Assembly (NCBI GenBank): GCA_036012125.1
Contig: DASCOS010000004.1
Span: forward strand, 154,094 to 218,093
Length of the DNA: 64,000 nucleotides
Direction of reading: 5' to 3'
From: Vicinamibacterales bacterium
GTDB taxonomy: Bacteria; Acidobacteriota; Vicinamibacteria; Vicinamibacterales; UBA823
Shown: positions 1-8,901 of the stretch, one piece after another
Position numbering within the stretch: the stretch's first letter is position 1
Layout: the number at the start of each line of letters is the position of its first letter
Notes under the pieces: model-generated
What the model was told of the DNA's origin: nothing
Database searches by the model: none
Seen by the model: the letters and a program-made list of their open reading frames with translations, nothing else
Program-made: the position numbers and the translations under genes

Positions 1-732
1 AACACTCGTGGAGATCGTGGTGCCGACGGTTGCGACCACGGCCATTGGGACGCATCCAGAAGCGCGATCTTCAGCTATAGCCTCGGCCAAAACTTCCGGT
101 CGCATTCGAAGGTCTGTATCGACTGGAATCTTTCGAAGCGCAGATTGACCGAGGCCGAGCAGGATCACGGCCTTGTCGAGCGAGGAATGCGCTTGTTCGG
201 AGCAATACACCCGAATGCCAGTTAGGTCGCTCCTGCCGACGAGGCCCTGGTCCCGGACATTGGGTATTACGGCCTCACGCGCAGCTGCCAGCGCGTGCAG
301 CGTGCTCACCGACGCCGTATCGTATATGACACCCTCGAAGCCGTCAGGCAGGCCTACAAGTTGCCGGAGCCAGTCGAGGGTAAGTGCTTCTAGCTCAGTC
401 GCGGCAGGTGATGTCCGCCACAGCATGGCATTCTGGTTGAGGGCCGCGGCAAGTAATTCTCCGATAATGCCCGGTGCACTGCTGCTAGTAGCGAAGTAGG
501 CGAAGAACCCTGGGTGATTCCAGTGAGTGAGGCCGGGCGTGATGATTTTTTCGAAGTCGTCGAAAATCGCCTCAAATGTTTCGCCCCGCTGCGGTGGCGT
601 TGCGGGTAGCGCGGCACGAACGTCGCCAGGGCCAACACGTGCCATCACCGGATAGCGCTCAGAGTCGCGAAGGTACTCAGCGATCCAGTCTAGGGTGCGC
701 TGTCCGTGGCGCCGGAAGGCGTCGGCATCCAT
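1..732 (-). CDS. Group II PLP-dependent decarboxylase (aromatic-L-amino-acid/tyrosine decarboxylase-like), N-terminal 244 codons; 3' end lies outside the window
   Basis: My own minus-strand translation from the ATG at 730-732 is open to position 1: MDADAFRRHGQRTLDWIAEYL...THWNHPGFFAYFATSSSAPGIIGELLAAALNQNAMLWRTSPAATELEALTLDWLRQL...VPMAVVATVGTT. The HPxFFAYF and SPAxTELE blocks are typical of DDC/TyrDC-type decarboxylases. The gene is missing from the ORF track because it runs off the edge. Confidence 0.8.
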   Translation of the reverse strand, partial: MDADAFRRHGQRTLDWIAEYLRDSERYPVMARVGPGDVRAALPATPPQRGETFEAIFDDFEKIITPGLTHWNHPGFFAYFATSSSAPGIIGELLAAALNQNAMLWRTSPAATELEALTLDWLRQLVGLPDGFEGVIYDTASVSTLHALAAAREAVIPNVRDQGLVGRSDLTGIRVYCSEQAHSSLDKAVILLGLGQSALRKIPVDTDLRMRPEVLAEAIAEDRASGCVPMAVVATVGTTISTSV

Positions 733-814
733 ATCTCCGAGGGCGGGCGGACTGACTTCAGGCGGACTTTTTGTTTCGGGTTCGTTCGAAACACTTCCGC
801 CCGTTAGGTCACGG

Positions 815-1351
815 TCACTGGCGGACATACTCAATGGCGAATTCTTTTAGCGCAGGGGACCGGAGACCAATCACCTCAGCTTCAGCCGTGGCGCTTTCAA
901 TATCCCAATTGTCAAGTTTGACCCGTTTGATCAACCACATTCCCCCAACGCGATTGGCTGACCCGCAGTGAATGAATGTCGGTTGATTATCCGGGTTGGC
1001 AATGACCTCAAGGAACTGTTCGGCAGCCCAAGCCCAGGTCTCAGAAGACCGAAATGGAATATGAAAATACTTCAATCCGAGTTCTGAGGCTTTTTCGGAT
1101 GCTTCACCAGGGTTGGTGGCGCCGTTTTCACCTTCGGTGCGGAAGTTGACAACGGATACAAACCCCCGCCGCCGCACTTCCTCGAGTGCTTCCAGTGTAG
1201 TGGCTCCAGCGCATGCGACTGTCGCATTCACTTGGGTGTAGTTTCGAATCCCCGGGATCTCTTCCTTTATCAGCTCTTGTGCGGTAAGGGAGATCGGGGT
1301 CATTAGAACGAGCATCAGAAACACGGAATGTGTAACGTTTTGAAATCGCAT
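815..1351 (-). CDS. Secreted DUF442-like / PTP-fold protein (putative phosphatase or sulfur-transferase-like)
   Basis: 178 aa. It has an N-terminal hydrophobic signal-like segment (VFLMLVLMTPISLTAQE) and a P-loop-like motif FIHCGSANRVGG. Overall it resembles the DUF442 'beta-lactamase hydrolase-like phosphatase domain' family. Confidence 0.5.
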   Translation of the reverse strand: MRFQNVTHSVFLMLVLMTPISLTAQELIKEEIPGIRNYTQVNATVACAGATTLEALEEVRRRGFVSVVNFRTEGENGATNPGEASEKASELGLKYFHIPFRSSETWAWAAEQFLEVIANPDNQPTFIHCGSANRVGGMWLIKRVKLDNWDIESATAEAEVIGLRSPALKEFAIEYVRQ

Positions 1352-1387
1352 AGCCTAGAATTATAACTCGATCATAAGGAGGGTAAT

Positions 1388-1852
1388 GTGGCCGAGCTCA
1401 TTCACACCAGCCGAATACGCTTAGAGAAGATTAAGGGTTCACTTCGGCACGCGTACGTCGAAAACTTTAAGGCCCCAATCCGCTTCGGTATTCATGGCGG
1501 CATCAAGAGGTTCTACGGTATCGAACCTGACGAGGAGTTGCCAGCCACCCTCGATCATCTAATTGCGGCGGTTGGTGGTTGACTGCTTGGCACCTTGGCC
1601 GGCGCACTGGAAGTGCGCCAGATCCCGTCTGGTGACGGCTGTCTCACGGCCGCCGTGGAAGGCGACATTGAAGCGGTCGACAAGATCCTGCGTATAACCG
1701 AGATCCGAGTTCGTTACACACTCAAGATTCCCGCAGGCACCCGCGCAGCGGCTGATCGTGCGCTGACAACTCACGAGAGTAAATGCCCGGCCGCCGTAAG
1801 CGTCCGTAGCTGTATTAAGATTGTGATCACAGCTGATGTGACAGAAGAATAG
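1388..1852 (+). CDS. OsmC/Ohr-family peroxiredoxin, candidate selenoprotein (in-frame UGA at 1580-1582 read as Sec)
   Basis: Track ORFs 1388..1582 and 1595..1852 are in the same frame, separated only by a TGA plus 4 sense codons. AGGAGG (1377-1382) lies 5 nt before the GTG start; the downstream piece has no RBS of its own. The joined product reads ...LDHLIAAVGG-U-LLGTLAGALEV...THESKCPAAVSV..., which is the two-Cys OsmC/Ohr layout with U at the first conserved Cys. Confidence 0.7.
1601..1619 (+). promoter_or_regulatory. SECIS-like stem-loop downstream of the OsmC UGA
   Basis: GGCGCAC-UGGAA-GUGCGCC forms a perfect 7-bp stem with a 5-nt G-containing loop. The stem starts 18 nt after the UGA, and the loop starts about 25 nt after it. 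This falls within the spacing I recall for bacterial SECIS elements. Confidence 0.5.
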
Positions 1853-1965
1853 AGAGGCATCCGATTTAGTAGTGGTAGAGGACTGCTGTAGGATTGCCTA
1901 TCATGTGGGCCCTGGATGCGATCGGAACTCGTCGTTCTCATTACGGGGACCTACGGCACTGATTT

Positions 1966-2253
1966 ATGGCTCGACTATCGGCCGCAGCGATCACCGAACA
2001 ACTTGCGTCGCTCTCCGCTTGGATTCGTGACGGCCAGGCCATCCAGAGGGAGTTTACGTTCCCGTCGTTTTTGGAGGCTGTAGCGTTTGCGAATCGTGTG
2101 GCGATGGAGGCCGAACGTGCAGATCATCACCCTGACATTGTGATTCGCTTTCGGAGTGTCATGCTGGTCTACGTGACACATAGCGAGTCTGGACTCACCC
2201 AGAAGGACTTCGATGGAGCGCGGGTGGCCGACCGGGTAGCCGAAGCTCGATGA
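1966..2253 (+). CDS. Pterin-4-alpha-carbinolamine dehydratase (PCD/DCoH family)
   Basis: 95 aa. The motif FANRVAMEAERADHHPDIVIRFRSVMLVYVTHS (HHPD core) and the size are typical of PCD. Confidence 0.85.
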   Translation: MARLSAAAITEQLASLSAWIRDGQAIQREFTFPSFLEAVAFANRVAMEAERADHHPDIVIRFRSVMLVYVTHSESGLTQKDFDGARVADRVAEAR

Positions 2254-2267
2254 GAGGCTGACTGACT

Positions 2268-2786
2268 GTGCGGCTAAAGAAGACCTACAGTTCCCGAGAA
2301 GTCGCCGCGCTGACGGGGCTTTCTGCCCGCCAACTGCAGTGGTGGGACGCACGGAAACTGCTGACATCAACAGTGGCATCGCAGCGAACTGCTGCTGGGG
2401 GCTTCACTGAGCGGAGGTACTCTCCCGTCGAGTTGTACGAGCTCCTTGTGCTCGCTGACTTGCGCCGCCACGGCTTTTCCGTTCAAAAAATTCGTGCGCT
2501 GCTCAAAACACTGAAACGGCAATTCGACATACGGCTCTACGACGCCATCCGCGGTGGTGGGGAGATTACGTTACTGACCGATGGACGCGAGGTGTACGCA
2601 CGTACTTTGAAGGGGGAGTTCTACAATCTGCTGCGCGCGCCGAGTCAGCCTTTGCTGGTGCTTGGTGAAGGAGAAGATTTGAAGGAGTTCAGTACGCGAG
2701 CTCGCCCACGACGGTCCAAGAAGCGCCTCGCTGCGAGGCGAAATGCGACAAAGCCGACCAAAAAAACGAAGCGTCAGCGTTCCTGA
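2268..2786 (+). CDS. MerR-family transcriptional regulator with a basic C-terminal tail
   Basis: N-terminal HTH YSSREVAALTGLSARQLQWWDARKLL. Lys/Arg-rich C-terminus (RRSKKRLAARRNATKPTKKTKRQRS). Confidence 0.65.
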   Translation: MRLKKTYSSREVAALTGLSARQLQWWDARKLLTSTVASQRTAAGGFTERRYSPVELYELLVLADLRRHGFSVQKIRALLKTLKRQFDIRLYDAIRGGGEITLLTDGREVYARTLKGEFYNLLRAPSQPLLVLGEGEDLKEFSTRARPRRSKKRLAARRNATKPTKKTKRQRS

Positions 2787-2808
2787 TGCGATGATCACGC
2801 ACTAACGT

Positions 2809-3933
2809 CTACACAATCTTCCCACGCGCCTCGACTGGGAGTGTCTCGATGACTGTCCATCCATCGACGAGTTGGACAGCATCCACTAGGTTCGATACAA
2901 CGCACGAATGATTCGGCAGAACGCGTACGCGGTCACCAGGTTCTAGGCCTGTAGCGCCATTCTGCACTTCTACGACCCCGTGTTCTTCCGAAAGCCGCGT
3001 GATCTGCAGTGAGTCGTCTGGTGTTGTCTCGTCGAGAGTGGAAAAAACGGCGCCGTAGCCCACCGGGCGGACCATTCCACGACCGGTGTCTGAGGTAAGT
3101 GTCTTGCTACCGCAGTCGAGAACGATGCGGTTGCTTGCCGGCTTACTGACCACGGTCGCCATCACGGAGAGTGCGCAATCGTCGAGTGAGGCAGAGCCAA
3201 TGGCAACCTGGCTACGATCGTAATAGACGTAGTTGCCTGGCCGAAGCTCCGTAAGGTCAGGCTCTGAAGCGCTTAGCATTGCTGTGGCGGTAGAGCCGAC
3301 GCTAATTTCGTCGATTTTGACTTCAGCCTGTCGTGCCCCGTCAGCCAGCGTTCGTAGCGTCTCGGCTTCGTCCTTCGCTACGGCGGCCAGTTCCTCTGCG
3401 GAACCTACGTCGTAACACTGGCCGGCGTGACTGAGGAGTCCACGGAGTCGTAGTCCTGGCAGGGTAGTTACGTGTGAAAGAAACGCGACGGCCTGAGTCA
3501 TCTCGGGAGCAATGCCACACCGCTGATACCCGACGTCAACCTTGACGAGGACGTCGAGTTGCCGGTCGTATGCACACATCGCCTCGGACCACTGTTCAGC
3601 CACTGTTGGATGATCGATTGCAAGTGAAAGTTTTACACGGTCCATCAGTGCCATGACACGTGTGGCACTGAACGGATTGATTGGATAGGGCAACCGGATG
3701 TCGGAGATACCCGCGTCGGCAAAAACTTCCGCCTCGCTGACTTTCGCGCAGCAGATCCCTGCCGCACCTTGTTCGAGTTGCCACTTTGCAATCCGAGGGC
3801 TCTTGTGGGTCTTGGTGTGCGGTCTAAGCGTCAGCCCCCCTGATGTTGCGACGGTTTGCATTCGCTTGATGTTGGCCATAAGCCGGTCCCGATCGATGAG
3901 GACTTGCGGTGTGGGGAGTTCGGTCAATTGCAT
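2809..3933 (-). CDS. D-threonine aldolase / D-serine dehydratase-like PLP enzyme (alanine racemase N-terminal fold)
   Basis: 374 aa. TPQVLIDRDRLMANIKRM...LRPHTKTHKSPRIAKWQLEQGAAGICCAKVSEAEVFA matches the PHxKTHK PLP-lysine block of the DTA/DSD1 family. Confidence 0.7.
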   Translation of the reverse strand: MQLTELPTPQVLIDRDRLMANIKRMQTVATSGGLTLRPHTKTHKSPRIAKWQLEQGAAGICCAKVSEAEVFADAGISDIRLPYPINPFSATRVMALMDRVKLSLAIDHPTVAEQWSEAMCAYDRQLDVLVKVDVGYQRCGIAPEMTQAVAFLSHVTTLPGLRLRGLLSHAGQCYDVGSAEELAAVAKDEAETLRTLADGARQAEVKIDEISVGSTATAMLSASEPDLTELRPGNYVYYDRSQVAIGSASLDDCALSVMATVVSKPASNRIVLDCGSKTLTSDTGRGMVRPVGYGAVFSTLDETTPDDSLQITRLSEEHGVVEVQNGATGLEPGDRVRVLPNHSCVVSNLVDAVQLVDGWTVIETLPVEARGKIV

Positions 3934-3964
3934 GATGGCAATTATCCATTTCAGTGAGTCAGTA

Positions 3965-5548
3965 TTAGTAGATCCTTACCCGGCTCTGCTCTTTCAGAAA
4001 CTGCTGGACGTAGTAGGGCCCACCAGCACCGCGACCAGACGAGCCACTTGCTTTCCAACCACCGAACGGATTGATACCTGGCCAGGCGCCAGTTGTCGCG
4101 CCAGCCTGCCGGTTGGCGTAAACGACGCCAGCTTGGATTTCGTCGAAGAAATTGGCTATTTCATCCTCATCGCTGCTAAAAATACCAGCCGTTAAACCGT
4201 ATTCGGTCTTGTTGGCGAGCCGTATTGCTTCGTCAAACGACGTTACTTTACCCACGACAGTGATCGGGACGAACAGCTCATCGGTGAATAATCGGTGGCC
4301 GTTCGGTAAGCCATCAATGACGGTCGGTTCGAGAAAGTAGCCATGTCGAAAGGGCTCTTCGGTAATTCGACGCCCCCCGGTGAGGACCCGCCCGCCGTCG
4401 CGCTTAGCCTCTTCAATTGCCCGTTCATAAGTCTTAACCGCCGCTTCGTTGATGACAGGTCCCATCCAGACATCGCGCTCAAGCGGGTTACCAATCTTGA
4501 TCTTTCTGGTTTTCTCCACAAGTTCCTCGACGAACCTATCGCAGACATCGGTCGCGACGTACACACGAGAGCATGCGGAACATTTCTGGCCTTGGGCACC
4601 GAACGCCGAGCGCCACACACCTTCGGTAGCTTTATCCAGGTCAGCTGATGACATGACTAGAGTGGGATTCTTGCCTCCCATCTCGGTGATGACCGGGCGC
4701 GGAGCTGGACGTCCGCCGTTCTCACGGGACAGCATCATTCCAACTTCTTTTGACCCGGTAAAAACGATGCCGTCGATGTGTGCATTTTCCGCAATTTCCT
4801 GGCCGACTGAGTTTCCAGGCCCGGTTACAACGTTGAATACACCTGGAGGTACGCCGGCCTCGGCGGCGATATCGTAAAGCCTCAAACCGAGCCTTGGCGT
4901 ATCGCTAGCTGGTTTCAGCACGACGGTGTTCCCCGCGACAAGTGCGCCGCCCGCCGGACCTGCGGCCAGCGCCATGGGAAAGTTAAACGGGGAGATGACT
5001 GCCCAGACCCCATGAGGACGCATGACACTGGTGTTCTCTTCATTCGGCTCTAGTTTGTCCATCGTCTGGCAAAAGCCGTCGTGTGCCTCTATCTGATCGC
5101 AATAGTAGGTCATGAAATCGGCGGCTTCTTCTATATCGCCTACGCATTCAAGGCGATTCTTGCCAGTCTCAAAACCCATCCAGGCTGCTAGTTCCCAACG
5201 CTGGGCTCGAATGCCGTCCCCAATCTTACGGACTATAGCCACCCGCTCTCTCCATGATCGCCCACCCCAATCAGCCGCGGCTACGCGAGCAGCACGAACC
5301 GCATCGCGCACATGGTCGGCGGTACCCTTTTGAAACCGCGCCAAAACAATCCGCGTATCGTTCGGGCTTAAGTCTTCAAACTGTTCGGCTGATTCGATGG
5401 CCTCACCGTCAATGTACATTGGATAAGTTTTGCCTAGCTGCGCTTTGACCTGTTCGATCGCCTCGTCAATTCCAAGGTGAAGCGCTTCCATCTGGTCGGC
5501 GCTCATCGTCGCGTAGGTGATTTTCATCTCGGGTTTACTACCGCTCAT
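3965..5548 (-). CDS. pruA: L-glutamate gamma-semialdehyde (1-pyrroline-5-carboxylate) dehydrogenase, aldehyde dehydrogenase superfamily
   Basis: 527 aa. ALDH motifs FTGSKEVG and EMGGKNP are present. FGAQGQKCSACSRVYV (GQKCSA) is the variant I associate with RocA/PruA-type P5C dehydrogenases. Confidence 0.7.
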   Translation of the reverse strand: MSGSKPEMKITYATMSADQMEALHLGIDEAIEQVKAQLGKTYPMYIDGEAIESAEQFEDLSPNDTRIVLARFQKGTADHVRDAVRAARVAAADWGGRSWRERVAIVRKIGDGIRAQRWELAAWMGFETGKNRLECVGDIEEAADFMTYYCDQIEAHDGFCQTMDKLEPNEENTSVMRPHGVWAVISPFNFPMALAAGPAGGALVAGNTVVLKPASDTPRLGLRLYDIAAEAGVPPGVFNVVTGPGNSVGQEIAENAHIDGIVFTGSKEVGMMLSRENGGRPAPRPVITEMGGKNPTLVMSSADLDKATEGVWRSAFGAQGQKCSACSRVYVATDVCDRFVEELVEKTRKIKIGNPLERDVWMGPVINEAAVKTYERAIEEAKRDGGRVLTGGRRITEEPFRHGYFLEPTVIDGLPNGHRLFTDELFVPITVVGKVTSFDEAIRLANKTEYGLTAGIFSSDEDEIANFFDEIQAGVVYANRQAGATTGAWPGINPFGGWKASGSSGRGAGGPYYVQQFLKEQSRVRIY

Positions 5549-5569
5549 CTTCAGTTTCTCCTCGTCCCG

Positions 5570-7180
5570 TTAGTTCTTCCGCAGGTCCTTTAGAATCTCG
5601 CGACTCGCATTCAATCCGCAAGCGCCGGTTACCCCGCCGCCAGGGTGGGTACCCGCGCCGCAAAGGTACAGGCCAGCAACCGGAGTCCGATATTGGGCCC
5701 AACCGAGTGCCGGCCGCATTGTGAAGAGTTGGTCCAAGGTATGCTCGCCATGAAAAATGTGGCCGCCGGTTAGACCGTAGACCGTTTCCAGATCGACAGG
5801 CGTCAAGATCTGCCGATGCAAAATCCGGTCTTCAAGTCCAGGCGCGTAAGCAGTGAGTACGCGAATAACCCTGTCGCCGAGACCATCGCGAGCTATGTGC
5901 CAGTTCTCGTCACGCAAATGGTACGGGGCGAATTGCGCGCAGATCGACATAACGTGTTGACCGTCAGGTGCCAAGGTCGAGTCATTAACCGTTGGGATCG
6001 TCACGTCGAGATATGGAGACTCAGAATAGCCTCCGTACTTGGAAGCATCGAATGCCCTCTCGAGGTACTCCACGCTAGGCCCAATGTGAATCCGCCCACC
6101 GAGCGCGTTTGTTCGCTCCGTAGAAGTTGCCGAAGCCAAGGCCGTGAATTCCGGAAGAGCGTCGAGTGCCAGGTTAATCTTAGCCATGGTGCCGGCCGCT
6201 CGATATCCCTTGATGGTGGCCACGAACGCAGGTTCAAGAGCGGCTGCTGAAATCAGTTTAAGAAAGGTTCGCTTGGGATCGGCGCCCGACACAACAGTGC
6301 GAGCAGTAATCACCGTCCCATCACTGAGGACCACGCCGGCAACTACACCCTGCTGGACATCGATGTGAGTTACCTCAGTGCCGGTCCTGATCTCGACGCC
6401 GACGGTCTGAGCAGCCTTCGCTAAGCCCTCGCTCAGTGAGCCGGGTCCACCTCTCGTGGTGGTCGCTGTAGGAAGCACGTGACCCCCAAGTGCCTGCTGC
6501 AGGAGGAAAGCCATACCCGAACCCGCCGATTTTGGACCCAGGTTCATGCCGTAAATGCCGCGGGCGGCCACGATGGCTTGCAGCGCTTCGGTTTCAAACC
6601 AGTCGGCGACTATGTCGGCCACTGGCATTGCTGACCACCTGAGTAGTCGGAACATGTTTTGTTTGCCGAGACCGCGAAACCGTCGGCCCGCTCTAATTAG
6701 CTGCCAGACGTCGCTAACCTTAGGATGCTCGGTTGATGGAGGTGTGCGCCACAGGAAATCACGTAGCACGCTACCGATTTCATCGAGGCATTCACTGAAG
6801 GCAAGGTACTGTTTGCTGTCGCGTTGTGAAAATGCACTGATTGAGTCTGCGGCGCGAACCGGGTCAGCATGAAGTAGAAGGGTGTGGTGGTCCGGTAGTG
6901 GCGCGAAAAGTCTCACCTCGGGTTCCGTGAAGCGAACGCCATGATGATGCAGGGCAAGGTCGTCGACCACTTTAGGATGCAGTGGGCCCACGGCGTGCGC
7001 CAAAGCAGGACATTTAAAACCTGGGTAGAGGTCTTCTGTTACCGCGGCACCACCGACTCCGTTTCGGCGCTCCAGCACGAGCGTTCGTACGCCTGCCCTA
7101 GCCAGATAAAACGCCGTAACGAGCGCGTTATGACCACCTCCTACAATAATTGCGTCGTACGACTTCACAGTGGAATTCAC
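5570..7180 (-). CDS. FAD-dependent oxidoreductase, PYROXD2/CrtI-like (COG1233 'phytoene dehydrogenase-related'), paralog 1
   Basis: 536 aa. N-terminal dinucleotide fold YDAIIVGGGHNALVTAFYLARAGVRTLVLERRNGVGGAAVTE. C-terminal LYLCGAGTHPGGGVTGACGLNASREIL. Confidence 0.75.
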   Translation of the reverse strand: MNSTVKSYDAIIVGGGHNALVTAFYLARAGVRTLVLERRNGVGGAAVTEDLYPGFKCPALAHAVGPLHPKVVDDLALHHHGVRFTEPEVRLFAPLPDHHTLLLHADPVRAADSISAFSQRDSKQYLAFSECLDEIGSVLRDFLWRTPPSTEHPKVSDVWQLIRAGRRFRGLGKQNMFRLLRWSAMPVADIVADWFETEALQAIVAARGIYGMNLGPKSAGSGMAFLLQQALGGHVLPTATTTRGGPGSLSEGLAKAAQTVGVEIRTGTEVTHIDVQQGVVAGVVLSDGTVITARTVVSGADPKRTFLKLISAAALEPAFVATIKGYRAAGTMAKINLALDALPEFTALASATSTERTNALGGRIHIGPSVEYLERAFDASKYGGYSESPYLDVTIPTVNDSTLAPDGQHVMSICAQFAPYHLRDENWHIARDGLGDRVIRVLTAYAPGLEDRILHRQILTPVDLETVYGLTGGHIFHGEHTLDQLFTMRPALGWAQYRTPVAGLYLCGAGTHPGGGVTGACGLNASREILKDLRKN

Positions 7181-8799
7181 CTACCTGGAAATCTCCATTC
7201 CTTGAGAATCCGCTGCGCCGCGTTGCGCCCTGAGGCACCCATGATGCCGCCGCCGGGATGCGTGGATGAGCCGCAGAGATACAGGCCTCGAACCGGTGTG
7301 CCATAACGAGCCCAACCCGGAACCGGTCGTAGGAAAAATAACTGCTCTAGGGTCAGCTCGCCTTGGAAAATATTGCCCTCAGTCAGGCCAAACTCACGCT
7401 CGAGATCAAGTGGAGTGATGACCTGTCGATGCAGGATGATGTCTTTGAGGTTCGGCGCGTAGTTAGCGAGCGTGTTAACCACACAGTCACCAAATTGCTC
7501 CCTTTGGTCATCCCAAGTGCCAGAACTTAAGTGGTATGGCGCGTACTGGACGAAGCAGGACAGGATGTGTTTGCCTGGAGGTGCCATTGACGGATCACTC
7601 AGAGTGGGAATGACCATGTCAATATAGGGATGCCGAGAATATTGTCCGTATTTGGCGTCGTCATAAGCACGTTCCATGTAGTCGACATCTGGCGAAATCG
7701 TAAGTCCTCCTCGCAAGTGCGGACCTGCGCCAGGCAGGCTCGTAAAATTGGGTAATGCGTCGAGTGCCAAATTGACCTTGCCGGACGAACCGCGCAGCTT
7801 GTAACGACTAACGTCTTCAACGAAGTCGTCCGGTAGCAGGTCTTTCCCGACCATCTTGAAGAATGTTAGGCGTGGGTCAACGCTCGATGCAACGATGTCA
7901 GCGCGTAATTCATCTCCGTTCTCTAACACTACCCCAGAGGCCTTTCCGCGCTTGACAAGTATCTGTGCGACTGGTGTTCCTGTACGGATCTCGGCTCCAG
8001 CTTCTCGAGCCGCGGCAGCGATCGCATTCGAGATTGCACCAGTGCCACCTCGAGGAAGGCCCCACGATCGAAAGGCACCGTCGATCTCTCCCATGTAATG
8101 ATGCAGGAGGACATAGGCCGTACCGGGTGAGCGCACACCGAGAAATGTCCCGGTTATTCCCGAGGCCGCCATTGTGGCCTTTAGGACGTCGGTTTCGAAC
8201 CATTGGTCTAGGAAGTCGACAGCGCTCATCGTCCCTAATTGCACCTGCATCTGCTGGAAGGAACGTGGAAGCTTTCGGAAACGGTTACCGATTGCCAGCA
8301 GTTGCAGAAGCGCTCGCGGGTCGCGTGACGTTGGATCGCGCGGCGCCATTTCAAGCATTGGCTTGACGAACCGACCCATGTCGACCATCGTCTTGCTGTA
8401 GTCCTCGTAAGCTTCGGCATCGCGTGGAGAATGACGAGCGATCTCCCTGTAGGTTTGGGCATGGTCATTGACGCGCCAGAGATAATCGCCGTTCGGCATT
8501 GGTGTGAACGTGCCATCGAGAGGAAGAATCTCGAGGCCGTGCCGCGCCAGTTCAAGTTCACGGATGATTTCGGGCCGAAGAAGTGAAACGACGTAGGAGC
8601 ACACTGAGAACCTAAAGCCTGGAAAGATTTCTTCAGTGACGGCCGCGCCACCCACTAATCGACGGCGCTCGAGAACTAGCGTTTTCTTTCCACTGCGCGC
8701 GAGGTAGGCTGCAGTGACTAAGCCATTGTGCCCACCACCGATGATGATTGCGTCGTATGTGCTTGCCATTGCTCGAGTCGACGGCTCGTGGGGAGCCAC
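7177..8799 (-). CDS. FAD-dependent oxidoreductase, PYROXD2/CrtI-like, paralog 2 (4-nt overlap with paralog 1)
   Basis: 540 aa. YDAIIIGGGHNGLVTAAYLARSGKKTLVLERRRLVGGAAVTEEIFPGFRFSVCSYVVSLLRPEI...LDQWFETDVLKATMAA...LYLCGSSTHPGGGIMGASGRNAAQ. As far as I can recall the human PYROXD2 sequence, this is collinear with it. Confidence 0.75.
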   Translation of the reverse strand: MAPHEPSTRAMASTYDAIIIGGGHNGLVTAAYLARSGKKTLVLERRRLVGGAAVTEEIFPGFRFSVCSYVVSLLRPEIIRELELARHGLEILPLDGTFTPMPNGDYLWRVNDHAQTYREIARHSPRDAEAYEDYSKTMVDMGRFVKPMLEMAPRDPTSRDPRALLQLLAIGNRFRKLPRSFQQMQVQLGTMSAVDFLDQWFETDVLKATMAASGITGTFLGVRSPGTAYVLLHHYMGEIDGAFRSWGLPRGGTGAISNAIAAAAREAGAEIRTGTPVAQILVKRGKASGVVLENGDELRADIVASSVDPRLTFFKMVGKDLLPDDFVEDVSRYKLRGSSGKVNLALDALPNFTSLPGAGPHLRGGLTISPDVDYMERAYDDAKYGQYSRHPYIDMVIPTLSDPSMAPPGKHILSCFVQYAPYHLSSGTWDDQREQFGDCVVNTLANYAPNLKDIILHRQVITPLDLEREFGLTEGNIFQGELTLEQLFFLRPVPGWARYGTPVRGLYLCGSSTHPGGGIMGASGRNAAQRILKEWRFPGR

Positions 8800-8830
8800 C
8801 GGAAGTTCGCATTGTAAGCGATTATAAAAC

Positions 8831-8860
8831 TTGTCGGAGTCGTTCGATGGTTTCTATAAT
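8831..8860 (+). promoter_or_regulatory. Candidate sigma70-type promoter for the GcvT-like gene; a mirror TATAAT on the minus strand at 8821-8826 could serve the flavoprotein operon
   Basis: TTGTCG (8831-8836), an 18-nt spacer, then TATAAT (8855-8860), 42 nt before the GTG at 8902. The minus strand reads TATAAT at 8821-8826, upstream of the start at 8799. This is a by-eye call in an AT-rich divergent spacer. Confidence 0.3.
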
Positions 8861-8901
8861 CCAAGGTTAACTGCTGCGCCTGTCGCAGAGTAGGAGTCGT
8901 T

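Noticed and set aside
173-638. Track ORFs 173..499 (+) and 390..638 (-) at the left edge
   Set aside because: Both lie inside the edge-truncated decarboxylase gene but not in its coding frame (one is antisense, one is same-strand out of frame). That gene's translation carries clear family motifs. The listed ORFs are Ser/Arg/Ala-rich with no motifs.
1580-1582. Alternative reading of the in-frame TGAs as global codon reassignment (TGA=Trp/Gly) or simple pseudogenisation
   Set aside because: TGA terminates many well-delimited genes here at family-typical lengths, for example 1966..2253, 2268..2786, 10676..11482 and 16184..16780, so global reassignment does not fit. Pseudogenes cannot be excluded. 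However, two independent stops falling exactly on redox Cys codons, one with a perfect downstream hairpin, favours Sec.
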